Shown: positions 63,739 through 64,000 of the stretch, in pieces | Layout of the letters: the number at the start of each line of letters is the position of its first letter | How positions within the stretch are numbered: position 1 is the stretch's first letter | Source: an uncultured Alphaproteobacteria bacterium | GTDB taxonomy: Bacteria > Pseudomonadota > Alphaproteobacteria > Rhizobiales > Hyphomicrobiaceae | Length of the DNA stretch: 64,000 nt | NCBI GenBank assembly: GCA_963831345.1 | Contig: CAWHPZ010000039.1 | Span: 33,118 to 97,117 of the forward strand | Direction: 5' to 3' | The notes under the pieces: model-generated | Databases searched by the model: none | What the model saw: only the letters and a program-made list of their open reading frames with translations | What the model was told of the DNA's origin: nothing | Position numbers and translations under genes: made by a program

Positions 63739-64000
63739 CTACGACAAGCTCGGATGGCCGTTGGGCCATTCGAGCTCGAGCACCTTCTTGACCGCAGGGC
63801 GCGCCGCCATGCGCAGCATGTGGGCGTGAACGGCCGGGTACTTCGTGGCATCGACACCGTCGGCCTCGAGCCAAAGGCAGATCGTGAACAAGTAGGGGTC
63901 GCAAATCGTGAAGGTCTCGCCCATGACCCACGGGCCAACGAGCATTTCGCGCTCGATCAGGCCGATGCAGTCGGCCATGTTCTCGGGAACCTTGCGCTTC
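63739..64000 (-). CDS. Glutathione S-transferase, C-terminal part (5' truncated by window)
   Basis: GPWVMGETFTICDPYLFT, RPAV. Confidence 0.85.
   Translation of the reverse strand, partial: KRKVPENMADCIGLIEREMLVGPWVMGETFTICDPYLFTICLWLEADGVDATKYPAVHAHMLRMAARPAVKKVLELEWPNGHPSLS

Noticed and set aside
1-64000. Mass pseudogenisation or programmed frameshifting in more than 20 genes
   Set aside because: Single-base indels hit conserved genes such as argC and bfr, often at short homopolymers, and cluster in patches (7.3-8.6 kb, 39.6-41.1 kb); this fits long-read consensus error

Overview
GC-rich alphaproteobacterial chromosome segment. Gene content (type-2 argC, DUF2842/COX15 next to a upp-like cluster, exo genes, ICE and CtrA boxes) points to Rhizobiales/Hyphomicrobiales, probably Hyphomicrobiaceae (inference). 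Many genes carry single-base indels typical of long-read assembly error, so several CDS calls below are reconstructed across frames. Layout: (1) 1-14.6 kb housekeeping genes (ptsN end, msrPQ-msrB, tRNA-Thr, HAD hydrolase, ribA, GH3 glucosidase, MOSC, CoA-binding, VOC, enoyl-CoA hydratase, rplM-rpsI, TerC, argC, COX15). (2) 14.6-21.7 kb unipolar-polysaccharide-like cluster. (3) 21.7-29.2 kb minus-strand block of poorly characterised genes: a small membrane ORF, a cold-shock-like pair, a MacB/DevBCA-type exporter, two secreted low-complexity proteins sharing a C-terminal CKK(F/Y)xPAxGxxVxVxC motif, and an esterase. Five promoters in this block share a Crp/Clr-like palindrome placed exactly 21 nt before a -10 hexamer; this is the best candidate for an undescribed system. 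(4) 29.4-32.5 kb bfr, zinc metallopeptidase and phosphatase. (5) 32.6-62.4 kb large glycan locus: a Wzm/Wzt plus amino-sugar cassette joined to a succinoglycan-like exoUALMOP/F/Y set with an extra ligase/TPR/secreted-protein module. (6) an orphan ORF and a partial GST. No mobile element or CRISPR array was seen.
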